A stretch of 20,000 bases of DNA from an uncultured virus (IMG/VR IMGVR_UViG_3300032309_001794) (IMGVR_UViG_3300032309_001794); one strand, 5' to 3'. Numbered from the stretch's first letter, positions 1 to 9,244 are shown. The notes: generated from the sequence alone by a model not told the origin. Numbers and translations: made by a program.

Positions 1-114
1 ATTGAGACTTTGCTACAAAACTTAGAAAGGGATACTGCATTGGTATCTCGTGAGCTTACCCGTCGCACTTCTAACAGTGGTGTTACTGCTCGTGCAAGGA
101 AGTACACAGCATGA
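1..114 (+). CDS. Hypothetical protein, 3' fragment (5' truncated by window edge)
   Basis: Frame +1 is open from base 1 (IETLLQNLERDTALVSRELTRRTSNSGVTARARKYTA*). The TGA at 112-114 overlaps the next ATG (ATGA). Not in the ORF track. Confidence 0.7.
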   Translation: METLLQNLERDTALVSRELTRRTSNSGVTARARKYTA

Positions 115-386
115 GCATTTTAGAAGAAGCAAATTCTTTAGTTAACGGTGCACGTCAGGACTATTACGATCATCCTTTAGATAACTTCACCCGTATTGCA
201 AAAATATGGTCAGTAATTTTAGATAAAGAGATTACCCCAGAACAAGTTGGTTTATGCATGGTTGGAATGAAAGTTGCACGCGAAGCCTTTACGCATAAAA
301 GGGATAACCTTGTAGATGGGGCCGGATACTTTTACACCATAGAGTTAGCTATGGAAGAAGCAGAGCGTCGTGGCAGCAAATCCTAA
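111..386 (+). CDS. DUF6378-family phage protein
   Basis: Typical pattern ILEEA..LVNG.RQ.YY..P.DNF.RIA..WS......TPEQV..CM...K.AR.....KRDN.VD.AGY. Confidence 0.85.
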   Translation: MSILEEANSLVNGARQDYYDHPLDNFTRIAKIWSVILDKEITPEQVGLCMVGMKVAREAFTHKRDNLVDGAGYFYTIELAMEEAERRGSKS

Positions 387-921
387 AGTATTTAATGGCG
401 GCCTTAAAGAAGGATCTGAATGCTTTGTAGGTATTGATCAATCATTAACAGGTTTTGCCGTAACTTTTTTAGGGTTAGACGATAAGTACCTTACTCTTGT
501 CTACAAAGGAGAAGGAACAGGTATTAAACGCCTTGTAGATATTTATGTGTGGCTAAGTACGACTATATATAAGTACAAAGTTTTAGACGTAGCAATGGAA
601 GCTCCGGTTAAAATGTCTCATTCCGCAATAATTTCAGGTGAACTATTTGGTCTTGTTCGTCTTTGCTTATACGACCAAGGTCCTTTATTTCCTTTACAAG
701 TACCCCCAACAATGTTAAAAAAATATGTAACAAGTAAGGGAACAGGGGTACAAAAAAACCAAATGTTACTACAAGTTTATAAAAAATGGGGAGTTGAGTT
801 TAATGACGACAATGGAGCAGATTCTTATGGTCTTGCTCGCATTGCCCGTGGAACTGATGTATTAGCATACGAAATAGAAATATTAGAAAAGTTAAAAGAC
901 CCTAAATTTAGGGATAGTTAG
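370..921 (+). CDS. ruvC: RuvC-like Holliday junction resolvase
   Basis: RNase H-fold motifs VGIDQSLT, AMEAP, PP..LKKY.T.KG, K..M and DDN.ADS..LA. GTG start overlaps the upstream gene. Confidence 0.85.
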   Translation: MAANPKVFNGGLKEGSECFVGIDQSLTGFAVTFLGLDDKYLTLVYKGEGTGIKRLVDIYVWLSTTIYKYKVLDVAMEAPVKMSHSAIISGELFGLVRLCLYDQGPLFPLQVPPTMLKKYVTSKGTGVQKNQMLLQVYKKWGVEFNDDNGADSYGLARIARGTDVLAYEIEILEKLKDPKFRDS

Positions 922-998
922 AGCACTTTATACTTACATATTGATATAGAGTCTTCTTGAGGGCGCTCATATAACATCGAACAAAAGGAACACTAATC

Positions 999-1277
999 GT
1001 GAGCGAAATAACAGAAGATAAGTACCTTCGGGTAAGTGGGGGTTCAAACGCCCAAGCCGTAGGTTCAGCAATTGCCCATGCACTATACGAAAATCCTACG
1101 GTAAAAATACGTGCGGTAGGTGCATCAGCCGTAAATCAGGCTGTAAAAGCTATCGCTATTGCTAGAGGGTATGTGGCCCCAAGAGGGCTAGATCTTGTCT
1201 GTAAGCCAGGCTTTACCAGCGTGGAGTCCAGAGAAGGTACAATTTCAGCTATTGTATTCACTATTACTGCGAGTTAA
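999..1277 (+). CDS. spoVS: Stage V sporulation protein S homolog (Alba-like fold)
   Basis: LRVS..SN..AV..AIA, AVGASAVNQAVKAIAIARGYVAP.G.DL...PGF and ISAIVF match the SpoVS signature closely. SD AAAGGA lies upstream of the GTG. Confidence 0.93.
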   Translation: MSEITEDKYLRVSGGSNAQAVGSAIAHALYENPTVKIRAVGASAVNQAVKAIAIARGYVAPRGLDLVCKPGFTSVESREGTISAIVFTITAS

Positions 1278-1343
1278 TGCTGATTAATTCTTGTAGAAAG
1301 CGTACCGTTTTCTATAGAACTCTATTTTAGAATGAGGTAAAAA

Positions 1344-1730
1344 GTGGCTAATTCTTCCGAGAATGTAGACGAAGCTTTGGCTGGCATGGCCAAGACAGGC
1401 GCACCACGCGTTCCTATGGGTACATCGGCAATTGAGGGTGCAAATTACCCTTCAGCTACTGAAACCGGCCGTGCAACGCTAATGCCCCGCAAAAACACAC
1501 AAGCAGGAGATCCATACGCTGGACCTACTAATAGGCCTGCTAACGTACTGTCGCCAAGTGTAGGCACAGGACCAGAACGCAATGGCGCACGTTATGCGGT
1601 TGCAGTTAATACTGTAATTCCAACGGCTCCTGAAGCGGGAGCAACCCAGTCTAGTGGTCGTATCGTAAAGCCTTCGGTTAATCGTAGCCGCAAGGTATTT
1701 GACGACGGCATGGGTTCGTCGTATATTTAA
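1344..1730 (+). CDS. Hypothetical protein, Gly/Pro/Ala/Thr-rich, probably disordered
   Basis: 128 aa ORF with SD GAGG before the GTG, followed by a strong hairpin. Confidence 0.7.
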   Translation: MANSSENVDEALAGMAKTGAPRVPMGTSAIEGANYPSATETGRATLMPRKNTQAGDPYAGPTNRPANVLSPSVGTGPERNGARYAVAVNTVIPTAPEAGATQSSGRIVKPSVNRSRKVFDDGMGSSYI

Positions 1731-1759
1731 GTCATAACTAAATAACAACTTAATATAGC

Positions 1760-1781
1760 GAGTGGCCCTTCGGGGCCACTC
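1760..1781 (+). terminator. Stem-loop, probable terminator or processing hairpin
   Basis: GAGTGGCCC-TTCG-GGGCCACTC: perfect 9-bp stem with a cUUCGg tetraloop. No clear U-tract. Confidence 0.65.
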
Positions 1782-1813
1782 TACAATTCGGGATAACTAA
1801 TTGGAGAATAAGT

Positions 1814-2053
1814 ATGTTGGCTGACGCCTTAAATAATTTTAAACAAACACGCGATTCCGCCATAAGGCGTTGTATAGTTGGTGATTGGTCTACTACCCTT
1901 AGCGAAGAAGACCAAGGATTGCTAGTAGAAGCTTTAGCAGATTACACGATTTCTAATCGTCAGCTTCTTAAAATCTTACGTGATGCTGGGGCTTCATATA
2001 GTCTTGAAGCTATTCGTAAGCACCGTAACCAGGAGTGCCCATGTCTAGTTTAG
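1814..2053 (+). CDS. Small putative Zn-binding, HTH-like protein preceding the metallophosphoesterase
   Basis: C...(helical segment)...IRKHRNQECPC. SD GGAG. Overlaps the next gene. Confidence 0.7.
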   Translation: MLADALNNFKQTRDSAIRRCIVGDWSTTLSEEDQGLLVEALADYTISNRQLLKILRDAGASYSLEAIRKHRNQECPCLV

Positions 2054-3048
2054 GTAGCGAGTTAAATAAACTTCGCCAGCAGTTACAGTATGACGGCCCT
2101 GAATGGCCTGTAGTACAGCCTGCAAAACCTATAGTTATTAAACAACCTGTTAAGCCAAAGAAAACACCTTCATTAATTAGCGGTTGGAAAACGGCAATAA
2201 TTTTGCCAGACCCACAGATTGGTTTTCGCCAGTTAGAGGACACGGGTTTAGATCCTTTTCATGATGAAGACGCTATGTCTGTGGCTTTACAAATTGTCAA
2301 TGCTGAACAGCATGACGGTGGAGTACACCAAGTAGTAAACCTTGGCGATTACATTGATCTTCCAGCGCAAGGAAAGTATGAGCAGGAAGCGTCGTTTGCG
2401 TTTACTACTCAACATGCTATTGACCGTGGCAGTTTGTTTGCCGCTGAACAACGTGCTGCAGCGCCAGATGCAAAAATTATTATTCTTGAGGGTAATCACG
2501 ACCGCCGTATGCAAAAGTTTGTGCAAGCTAACGCACTTTCTGCTTTTGGTTTACGTCGTGCCAATACCCCAACTTCTTGGCCGGTAATGTCTATGCCTTA
2601 CCTTCTTCGGCTAGAAGACTTTAATGTTGACTACATTGATGCTTATCCGGCAGGAATGTGGTGGATTAACGACAAACTTCGTGCGATCCACGGAGATAAA
2701 GTTAATTCAGGCGGATCAACGGCTATGAAATATACCAATGAGATGCCTCATATTTCCACAGTGTTTGGTCACATACACCGTCAAGAAATTCAATCAAAGA
2801 CTACATTTGACCGCGAAGGCAAGATTAAAGCTATGGCTATTAGTCCAGGATGCCTTTGCCGTATAGATGGCCACGTTCCTAGCGTTAAAGGATCTGTAGA
2901 CTCAAAAGGCGTTCCAGTTACTTATTGGGAAAATTGGCAGCAAGGTATTGCAGTCATTCGCTACAAAGATGAAGGCTCATTCCATGTAGATCTAGTTCAC
3001 ATTGATGATGGTAAGACGCTTTATAAAGGTCAAGAATTTAAAGCTTAG
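2041..3048 (+). CDS. Calcineurin-like metallophosphoesterase
   Basis: Motifs ILPDPQIG, LGDYID, EGNHD, IHGD, FGHIHR. Start moved to ATG 2041 because SD AGGAG is at 2031-2035. Confidence 0.9.
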   Translation: MSSLGSELNKLRQQLQYDGPEWPVVQPAKPIVIKQPVKPKKTPSLISGWKTAIILPDPQIGFRQLEDTGLDPFHDEDAMSVALQIVNAEQHDGGVHQVVNLGDYIDLPAQGKYEQEASFAFTTQHAIDRGSLFAAEQRAAAPDAKIIILEGNHDRRMQKFVQANALSAFGLRRANTPTSWPVMSMPYLLRLEDFNVDYIDAYPAGMWWINDKLRAIHGDKVNSGGSTAMKYTNEMPHISTVFGHIHRQEIQSKTTFDREGKIKAMAISPGCLCRIDGHVPSVKGSVDSKGVPVTYWENWQQGIAVIRYKDEGSFHVDLVHIDDGKTLYKGQEFKA

Positions 3049-3060
3049 TTGCACCGAATA

Positions 3061-3094
3061 CCAGAGGGCTCACCAGAAATGGTGGGCCCTTTGG
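3061..3094 (+). terminator. Stem-loop, probable intrinsic terminator
   Basis: CCAGAGGGCTCACCA-GAAA-TGGTGGGCCCTTTGG: 15-bp stem with two G.U pairs that work only on the + strand, and a GNRA loop, just after the metallophosphoesterase stop. Confidence 0.7.
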
Positions 3095-3130
3095 CATTAC
3101 ATCTACAAATAAATAAAGGAAAATGAGAAA

Positions 3131-3367
3131 ATGAGTGACAATACTTTTGGCCCAGTTGCAAAATACGGCAGATCTCCAGAAAACGAGATTGCTTCCGTAG
3201 AGTCATTGTCTCAGATGCACAAAATCATGCATGGGGCTAAAACAGGGTCAGGCTACACGCCATCAAAAGCTGAAGAGTTTATTACAGGAAGAACCGGAGA
3301 ACCTGCGGTAGATGACATGGGGTTCTGTAACTTGTGCAATAAGCATACAATTGCGGGAGATAAGTAA
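3131..3367 (+). CDS. Hypothetical protein with C-terminal CxxCxxH
   Basis: 78 aa ORF. TAATG overlap with the next gene. Confidence 0.7.
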   Translation: MSDNTFGPVAKYGRSPENEIASVESLSQMHKIMHGAKTGSGYTPSKAEEFITGRTGEPAVDDMGFCNLCNKHTIAGDK

Positions 3368-3897
3368 TGCCTGGTACACATCAAAACTGGCAATACCTGG
3401 GTGGTAACGGTTTTATTGGCTCTTACACCACCACAGGTGGCGGTGGCACGCCTGTAACTGGTCGAAGTGAAATGGACTTTGCTCGTTTAGGTGTAGGTAA
3501 GACTCCTTCCGCTGAGTACCCAGATGGATACCTAGGAACTATTCGTTCTCGTCGTGATGACCGAGGTAACGGAACTGACACTGTTGTAGATTCTCTTAAA
3601 AATCGCCAAAATCAAAGAGCTTATCAACGAGGTGTGCACAAAGGTGAGCGTATTGATCCGGGCGAATATTACTGGCCTGAAGGTATGAATCCTGACAGAA
3701 GATTAAAGGTTAAAGCCAAAGCTATCGATAATGATGGAGCTATTAACTTGATGGTTACTCGCTACGCCCCACAAACACAGCTAGCGCCAGCACCTCACCT
3801 TGTTAATGATGGTAAGGCAAACATTCGTGCCAATGATCCAGCTGAAGTAAATAAGTACAGGGCTCAATCCCTACAACATCTAAAGCCTACGTGGTAA
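3367..3897 (+). CDS. Hypothetical protein, Gly-rich, possibly virion-associated
   Basis: 176 aa ORF, translationally coupled. No recognised catalytic motif. Confidence 0.75.
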   Translation: MPGTHQNWQYLGGNGFIGSYTTTGGGGTPVTGRSEMDFARLGVGKTPSAEYPDGYLGTIRSRRDDRGNGTDTVVDSLKNRQNQRAYQRGVHKGERIDPGEYYWPEGMNPDRRLKVKAKAIDNDGAINLMVTRYAPQTQLAPAPHLVNDGKANIRANDPAEVNKYRAQSLQHLKPTW

Positions 3898-3900
3898 ATC

Positions 3901-4242
3901 ATGAATTCAGCAGATAGCCGGTATAACCGGAGACCCTGGAATGAAGACAACAGAGGTCCTCGATATGACTACATGGGGCCTTATTCAGACAAGCAAGAGC
4001 AACTCACATCACAAGCTCTAGCAGCTAACACTGTGCCTGGAGAGTTCTTAGCGGACATAGTTAGACCACCCCTGCCACAAATACAATTATTTAGGTCTCG
4101 TTTTGGGTATAGAACACGAGAATTAGGTATTTCTGACATCATGGATGTAGATGATATCTACGCAGAGCCGCGCACAGAATTAGGCGGAGCTGCCGGATTC
4201 TCCGGAACTAGCAGAAATACCTCCGGCAACGCCGCGTGGTAA
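3901..4242 (+). CDS. Hypothetical protein
   Basis: 113 aa ORF packed tightly between neighbours. Confidence 0.7.
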   Translation: MNSADSRYNRRPWNEDNRGPRYDYMGPYSDKQEQLTSQALAANTVPGEFLADIVRPPLPQIQLFRSRFGYRTRELGISDIMDVDDIYAEPRTELGGAAGFSGTSRNTSGNAAW

Positions 4243-4257
4243 CTAAGAGGATTAATA

Positions 4258-4740
4258 ATGGCTAACGCAGACAAAAACACAAACCTTGAAGCTCATGTTA
4301 ATGAAGAAGTTGCTAGCAGACGGGCAGCAGGAAATTGCCCAAGTTGTAATGCTCAACTAGGGCGAGAGGGAGATTGCCCAATTCATGGGACTAACCTTAA
4401 TAATATCAGCAGCACTAGGTCAAATTTTAATGTAAGTAGTGATTACGCAGCTACTGGACGTCTTGGACCTAACTCTACTCTTGGTGATTTTCGTCATTTT
4501 GCTTCATTTAACGATGGAGTTATACATGCACAAGATAAGACTTGTCCTTGGAGTATTTGCAGCCCAGAAAAAATTGATCACAAAGACCGTGTAATAGTTC
4601 ATTGGGATGCAAGAGACCCTGAGCAAAAAAACCCAAGTCATCGTCGTTTTTCTCCAAAGCTTATGGTAAGAACTCATCGTTCTTCCGGTATTTTCCGCTC
4701 ATCAGATAACATTAGAGAAGAAACTCAGACGCCACTATGA
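4258..4740 (+). CDS. Hypothetical protein with CxxC-x9-CxxH knuckle
   Basis: SD GAGGA. Contains CPSC...CPIH and H....CPWSIC. Confidence 0.75.
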   Translation: MANADKNTNLEAHVNEEVASRRAAGNCPSCNAQLGREGDCPIHGTNLNNISSTRSNFNVSSDYAATGRLGPNSTLGDFRHFASFNDGVIHAQDKTCPWSICSPEKIDHKDRVIVHWDARDPEQKNPSHRRFSPKLMVRTHRSSGIFRSSDNIREETQTPL

Positions 4741-4895
4741 TGAGTAATGAGACAATTTACAATAGTTCTGATGACTGCAAGCTATGCGGATCATTAGTAA
4801 ACCCTGTGGAAAAATTATTTGCAATAGACGATAATCTATGCCCAGACTGCAGACATGTAGAGGCTGGAAAAAGAGTTAAGAGAGCAATGGCATGA
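4737..4895 (+). CDS. Small Zn-ribbon protein (52 aa), not in ORF track
   Basis: MMSNETIYNSSDDCKLCGSLVNPVEKLFAIDDNLCPDCRHVEAGKRVKRAMA*. ATGA overlaps at both ends. Confidence 0.75.
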   Translation: MMSNETIYNSSDDCKLCGSLVNPVEKLFAIDDNLCPDCRHVEAGKRVKRAMA

Positions 4896-6043
4896 TTAAT
4901 AGTGAAGATCAATTTGAAGAATCAAAGTGCGAACTTTGCGGCAAGGTAAAGTCTCCTGACCATACTCATGAGTTTGATAGCCCTGCTCAACAAAAAAGAT
5001 ATGCGCGAGTTACTGCAACACGTCCAGTAAATCCAGAGGTTTCAACTGCAAATCCTGTAGATTACGCTAGAGAACGAATGCTTGAACAAACTGCAGATCC
5101 AGCAGAAGCAGCTAGAACTCTTGGAAGAATTGCTCAAACTGAATCTACTTCACAAAAAACTGGGTACGACCCAAGAACAGGTAGATCAACATTAGCTAGT
5201 GGTTTGCGTGAGCTTAGAGGCGGAACATTTAACGGCGGCATGAGCACAAGTGCCTCAGCTCATGTTGCAGGCCTGGGATCCTCACTTAAAAGTCATCCAG
5301 CTTACGCAGCTTTTCACAAAGTCCATGTAACTCTTAAAGACCATAGTCAAGTTCCTACTGCATCTGTCATTGGTGGGGGAGAACAAAGCAGCCGCATTAT
5401 TCCTAGAGCTTTAGGAAGATTCCACATTGGTGCTGTAGAACCAGGTAGTCAAGATGGAGTATCAGGCATCCATGTAAACGGGACGTTCTACCCAGATGAC
5501 AAAGTACATAGTGTTGATTATGTAAAAGACGCTGGAGCTCCTAAGAAAACAACGGCAAACGGACAAGAAGACATGTCTCTTGATGAACAAAGGGAATGGT
5601 ACGACAAGTCTGAGCAATCAGTTAAAGATAGACTTTCTTACGAATTAGAAGCAACGCAAAAACTTGAAAACCGTAAACCAGATATTGTTTCTAGGCGCGT
5701 TGAGGACGCTTCAAGAGCCTCACAACGAGCAAAAGAAAAATCTGCTTTGGTAGATAAACTTGGAGAAGAAGGAGCGGCAGAAGCTGAAGGAAAAGCTGCT
5801 CACATTAATAGAATTTATGAAGCGGCTAAACTCCATGGAATAAGCATTCCTCAGCCTGATATAAATTCTCCAACTCTTGAAGTAAGAGCACAACGTGCAG
5901 GCCTTAAAGACGAACATCTTGCAGCGTATGATTCTCTTATTAAACAAAGAACATCTAGTGGTTACAGTGGGTACATTCCTACACAGCCAGAAAAACTTTG
6001 GTTTACAACCGACCCCCTACCCTATCAAAAGAAGGATATATAA
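4892..6043 (+). CDS. Hypothetical protein, N-terminal CxxC-x7-HxH, largely low complexity
   Basis: 383 aa ORF, translationally coupled to the upstream gene. Confidence 0.8.
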   Translation: MINSEDQFEESKCELCGKVKSPDHTHEFDSPAQQKRYARVTATRPVNPEVSTANPVDYARERMLEQTADPAEAARTLGRIAQTESTSQKTGYDPRTGRSTLASGLRELRGGTFNGGMSTSASAHVAGLGSSLKSHPAYAAFHKVHVTLKDHSQVPTASVIGGGEQSSRIIPRALGRFHIGAVEPGSQDGVSGIHVNGTFYPDDKVHSVDYVKDAGAPKKTTANGQEDMSLDEQREWYDKSEQSVKDRLSYELEATQKLENRKPDIVSRRVEDASRASQRAKEKSALVDKLGEEGAAEAEGKAAHINRIYEAAKLHGISIPQPDINSPTLEVRAQRAGLKDEHLAAYDSLIKQRTSSGYSGYIPTQPEKLWFTTDPLPYQKKDI

Positions 6044-6044
6044 A

Positions 6045-6338
6045 ATGACAGTTAACAACTCTAGATCTCAAAATGAGTCTATGAATGAAGGCGCAACAGA
6101 TGGTAAGTACCGCAAGGTTCGCCCAAATACAACTGTTGCACCAGGTCTTGGCGACGAAATAGTTCGTGCTAACCGTAATGATCTACACCCATTCAACAAC
6201 TATGGTTTTATTGATGTTGAAGAAAAAGACAAGGTATCTCCTGGAAGTACCAAAGTCAAAGGTAATAGCACCGCTCGTGCGTATGCATCTGCGACTGCTT
6301 ACATGAGAAATTACATGACAAACGATCAAGATCAGTAA
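6045..6338 (+). CDS. Hypothetical protein (97 aa)
   Basis: Start moved from 5895 to ATG 6045 (MTVNNSRSQN...), which has SD AAGGA and removes a 149-nt overlap. Confidence 0.75.
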   Translation: MTVNNSRSQNESMNEGATDGKYRKVRPNTTVAPGLGDEIVRANRNDLHPFNNYGFIDVEEKDKVSPGSTKVKGNSTARAYASATAYMRNYMTNDQDQ

Positions 6339-6484
6339 TGCTTTACGAAGATGAGTTAGATGAGGGCCTATCTCATCAACAAAGAATGCTCAAAGAGCTT
6401 CACCTTAGACGTAGTGAAGATGAACTATACGCTTTGTTAGATGAAGCGTTAAAACGACAGGATTTAGAGAGAGATGGACAATAG
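6338..6484 (+). CDS. Small acidic helical protein (48 aa), not in ORF track
   Basis: MLYEDELDEGLSHQQRMLKELHLRRSEDELYALLDEALKRQDLERDGQ*. TAATG coupling; fills the gap between neighbours exactly. Confidence 0.7.
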   Translation: MLYEDELDEGLSHQQRMLKELHLRRSEDELYALLDEALKRQDLERDGQ

Positions 6485-7910
6485 CTCTAGTATTAGCGTC
6501 CCGTGTAACTACCCCAACAGCGGACCTAATGGAGAAACTGTTTATTGCTCTAAACCGGCTACTCATGTTGTCTACACTATTGATGAACCAGGTAACGAAA
6601 AGTCTTCTGTAGATAAGTTTAGTGTTCACCAAGCTTGTAAAGAACACGGAAAAGAAATGCAGCAAAATTTAAATTTTGCACATTTAGCCGGTAAAGGTCT
6701 TCAAAGAAACTCAACTACTTTTTTAGCAGAGGGTGAAAAAGATTTTCCAAATGAATTTGCCGAACATATTAAAAAAGCACTTCGCAGAAATTATTTGTTA
6801 GAGACCACAAAAAATAAATCCCCATTTGAAGAAGAAGATTACGGTGTAGCCCCCGGTGCACAACCTTTAACTGCTGAAGAAGCCGCTTACGAACATTCAA
6901 AAATGTTTGCCAGCAGTCTTGGAGAAGATGAGAGTTTTTTTCCAACGCCGGCTCCAAGTACTGGTTTAGAAGAGCTTCCAACAAAAGAGTTTTTAAGAGA
7001 ATCTGATCCCGTAAAGCATTTTAATAGATTAGTTTCTGAAGAAGAACAAGCCCGTAGAGCTGCTGGAACAGACGCTTCACTAAGGTCAAGAGCACGTGCA
7101 GCAGGGGAACCAGATGCTCCGCCTATTCGCAGGCCAGGTCGCCCTCTTCCTGTTGATAACGCCGGACAAGTTGGCGTAACTATGTATAGTCTTAGAAAAA
7201 TTCAAAAAGGACGAGGTTTAACTGGGGCTCAAGAGCCAGGTTTACGAACCGAACGTCCAAACGAATCACTTACAGACATTTTTCCACCATCCGCTGATGC
7301 CCCAGCAATTCCAAATCAAGCTCGTTTACGTGGAAGAGTTTCTCCAGTAGATGTATCCCCACAAGATAACGTTATTACTCAAGAAGACGAAGCTAGAGCA
7401 TATCAACTTAATCTTCTTGGAGCACAAAGAAGCGACGTCGCTGAAGCAGAGCCAGAAATGGTTTCAGCTTTAAAGGCAAGAGAATTAGGTAAATTAGGCG
7501 CAGAAGTTTCTAAAGAAGGCTCTGATGAGTCTGGTATGCAAGCAATTAAAGAGAGAGCTCCAAAGATTGCAACTGGCAAGCCCTATGAATTAGCAGTAAA
7601 AATGCATCATACTGGCCATCCTATGGCTTGGCATGATGACAAAGCTGTAATGGTAGCTGCTGTTCCTCACTATGATGAGAGTGGAAACCATGTTAAAAAC
7701 AGGTACGGAAATCCACAATATCATTGGGTACCAACAACAGTTGTAGCAAAAAACAAACAAGGTCAACCAATGTCAAAAGATGAAGTTGAACGCTCGGAAT
7801 TATACCGCGCTCATCAAACAGCAGCTAGAAAATTTACAACTTCTGAACGTCAAAGCATCCTTGACGAAGCTATCTCATCAGCAAGATCTCAAGGGCAAAT
7901 AAATGGATGA
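6474..7910 (+). CDS. Hypothetical protein, N-terminal C..C..CxxH, long Pro/Glu/Ala-rich disordered core
   Basis: 478 aa ORF overlapping both neighbours by a few nt. Confidence 0.8.
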   Translation: MDNSSSISVPCNYPNSGPNGETVYCSKPATHVVYTIDEPGNEKSSVDKFSVHQACKEHGKEMQQNLNFAHLAGKGLQRNSTTFLAEGEKDFPNEFAEHIKKALRRNYLLETTKNKSPFEEEDYGVAPGAQPLTAEEAAYEHSKMFASSLGEDESFFPTPAPSTGLEELPTKEFLRESDPVKHFNRLVSEEEQARRAAGTDASLRSRARAAGEPDAPPIRRPGRPLPVDNAGQVGVTMYSLRKIQKGRGLTGAQEPGLRTERPNESLTDIFPPSADAPAIPNQARLRGRVSPVDVSPQDNVITQEDEARAYQLNLLGAQRSDVAEAEPEMVSALKARELGKLGAEVSKEGSDESGMQAIKERAPKIATGKPYELAVKMHHTGHPMAWHDDKAVMVAAVPHYDESGNHVKNRYGNPQYHWVPTTVVAKNKQGQPMSKDEVERSELYRAHQTAARKFTTSERQSILDEAISSARSQGQING

Positions 7911-8577
7911 CGAAAAACGTTTTGTTCCTTATAACAAAGAGGGGTCTGAAAATGACGTTATGTGGCAAGGGCGTAAATATGAGTTCCCAACAAGGCTAGG
8001 TAACCATGTTCCTAGACCGCCCAACCCTACTTACAACATAGATAAATTAGCTGAAGCTGAAAAAGAGCGTGAAGCACGTGTTGAAGCTGCTAAACAAAGG
8101 CGCAAAGAATACGAGGAAGCTAGAAACAAAACTCGTGTACGCCCCAGTAGAGCCGGTCAAGGTGCTGGAACAGCGCCTAGACCTTCTGCTCCTAAAGCAA
8201 CTGAAGAACCTGAAACTCGCTATATGACTGACGAGGAGTATGCAAAAGCACAAGCTAAATTAGAAGCAGCTAAGCAAAATCCACCACAGAGCCCGTATAG
8301 CCCGTCTAAAACTACTAATGCTAAAGCTTTTGAAGAAGTTGCAAAACCTCGAATTCTTCAGCATAAAGGCCATAGAGTGCACTACGTAGAGGTTACGGGT
8401 TCTGGCGGAGATGTCACCAGCCGCCCTATGACTGCTGATGAACACTATGATTTTCACGTTGATAGGGCCGAAACTGCTTACAACAATAATGATAATAAAA
8501 CTGGCAATTCTTTCATGAATGAAGCCGCTTTTTGGGCTGAGGAGCCTCAAGATTGGCATAAAGAATACAAAAATTAA
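7903..8577 (+). CDS. Hypothetical protein, charged and Pro-rich
   Basis: 224 aa ORF with E/K/R-rich helices and Pro-rich linkers. Confidence 0.8.
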   Translation: MDDEKRFVPYNKEGSENDVMWQGRKYEFPTRLGNHVPRPPNPTYNIDKLAEAEKEREARVEAAKQRRKEYEEARNKTRVRPSRAGQGAGTAPRPSAPKATEEPETRYMTDEEYAKAQAKLEAAKQNPPQSPYSPSKTTNAKAFEEVAKPRILQHKGHRVHYVEVTGSGGDVTSRPMTADEHYDFHVDRAETAYNNNDNKTGNSFMNEAAFWAEEPQDWHKEYKN

Positions 8578-8653
8578 AATTAGTATTCTGTAACTGCGGA
8601 TAAACTTCAAAAGTGCCTGTAAAGTAGTCCTGTAACTACTATTAGGAGCATTT

Positions 8654-9241
8654 GTGGGCATTCCAATAATTGGACAAGGCAATAACACGCCTTCTGCTGG
8701 CCAGGGCAAGGTAACAGAAATTAAGGACGAAGGTCCTAAAATTAGAATTCTTTACTGCTGGAACTGTAAGTCTATCGAAGAACTTCCCGATTTTGAGGGT
8801 AACCCTGATGACGACGTTCTTTTAGCTGTTCTCATTGAGCGTCACGAATCCGCTGGCGTACCTCACGCAGGTAGTTTATTTAAAATTGGAGTTAAACTCT
8901 GGGCTCAAGAAAAATACCGCAAAGAAATAATTGAGCAGATGCGCGATAAAGTTGGCGGCGGTTTAGATAATCTTGATAAGGGCTACTACGAAACTCGTGC
9001 GACTTTTTATGAAGATGCCATGTCTTGCTACTCAAAGCATCTACGACCACAAGATAGTTGCCCTGATTGGCAAAATGAAAGCAAGCGGTTAATTCCAAAA
9101 ACAGCGGAATTACGTAAAGAAGCCGGGCTTGTAGCCCCAGATAAATCACAAGGAACTCGCGTATACTTATGCGATTTCTGCCCAGTTAAATCAAACGTAA
9201 TGACTAAGCAGCGCCGTGCTGCAGGTATGTACAAGGAGTAA
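8654..9241 (+). CDS. Hypothetical protein with two putative Zn sites
   Basis: CWNC...H..H and C...H...C...CDFC. SD AGGAG before the GTG. Confidence 0.8.
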   Translation: MGIPIIGQGNNTPSAGQGKVTEIKDEGPKIRILYCWNCKSIEELPDFEGNPDDDVLLAVLIERHESAGVPHAGSLFKIGVKLWAQEKYRKEIIEQMRDKVGGGLDNLDKGYYETRATFYEDAMSCYSKHLRPQDSCPDWQNESKRLIPKTAELRKEAGLVAPDKSQGTRVYLCDFCPVKSNVMTKQRRAAGMYKE

Positions 9242-9244
9242 AAT

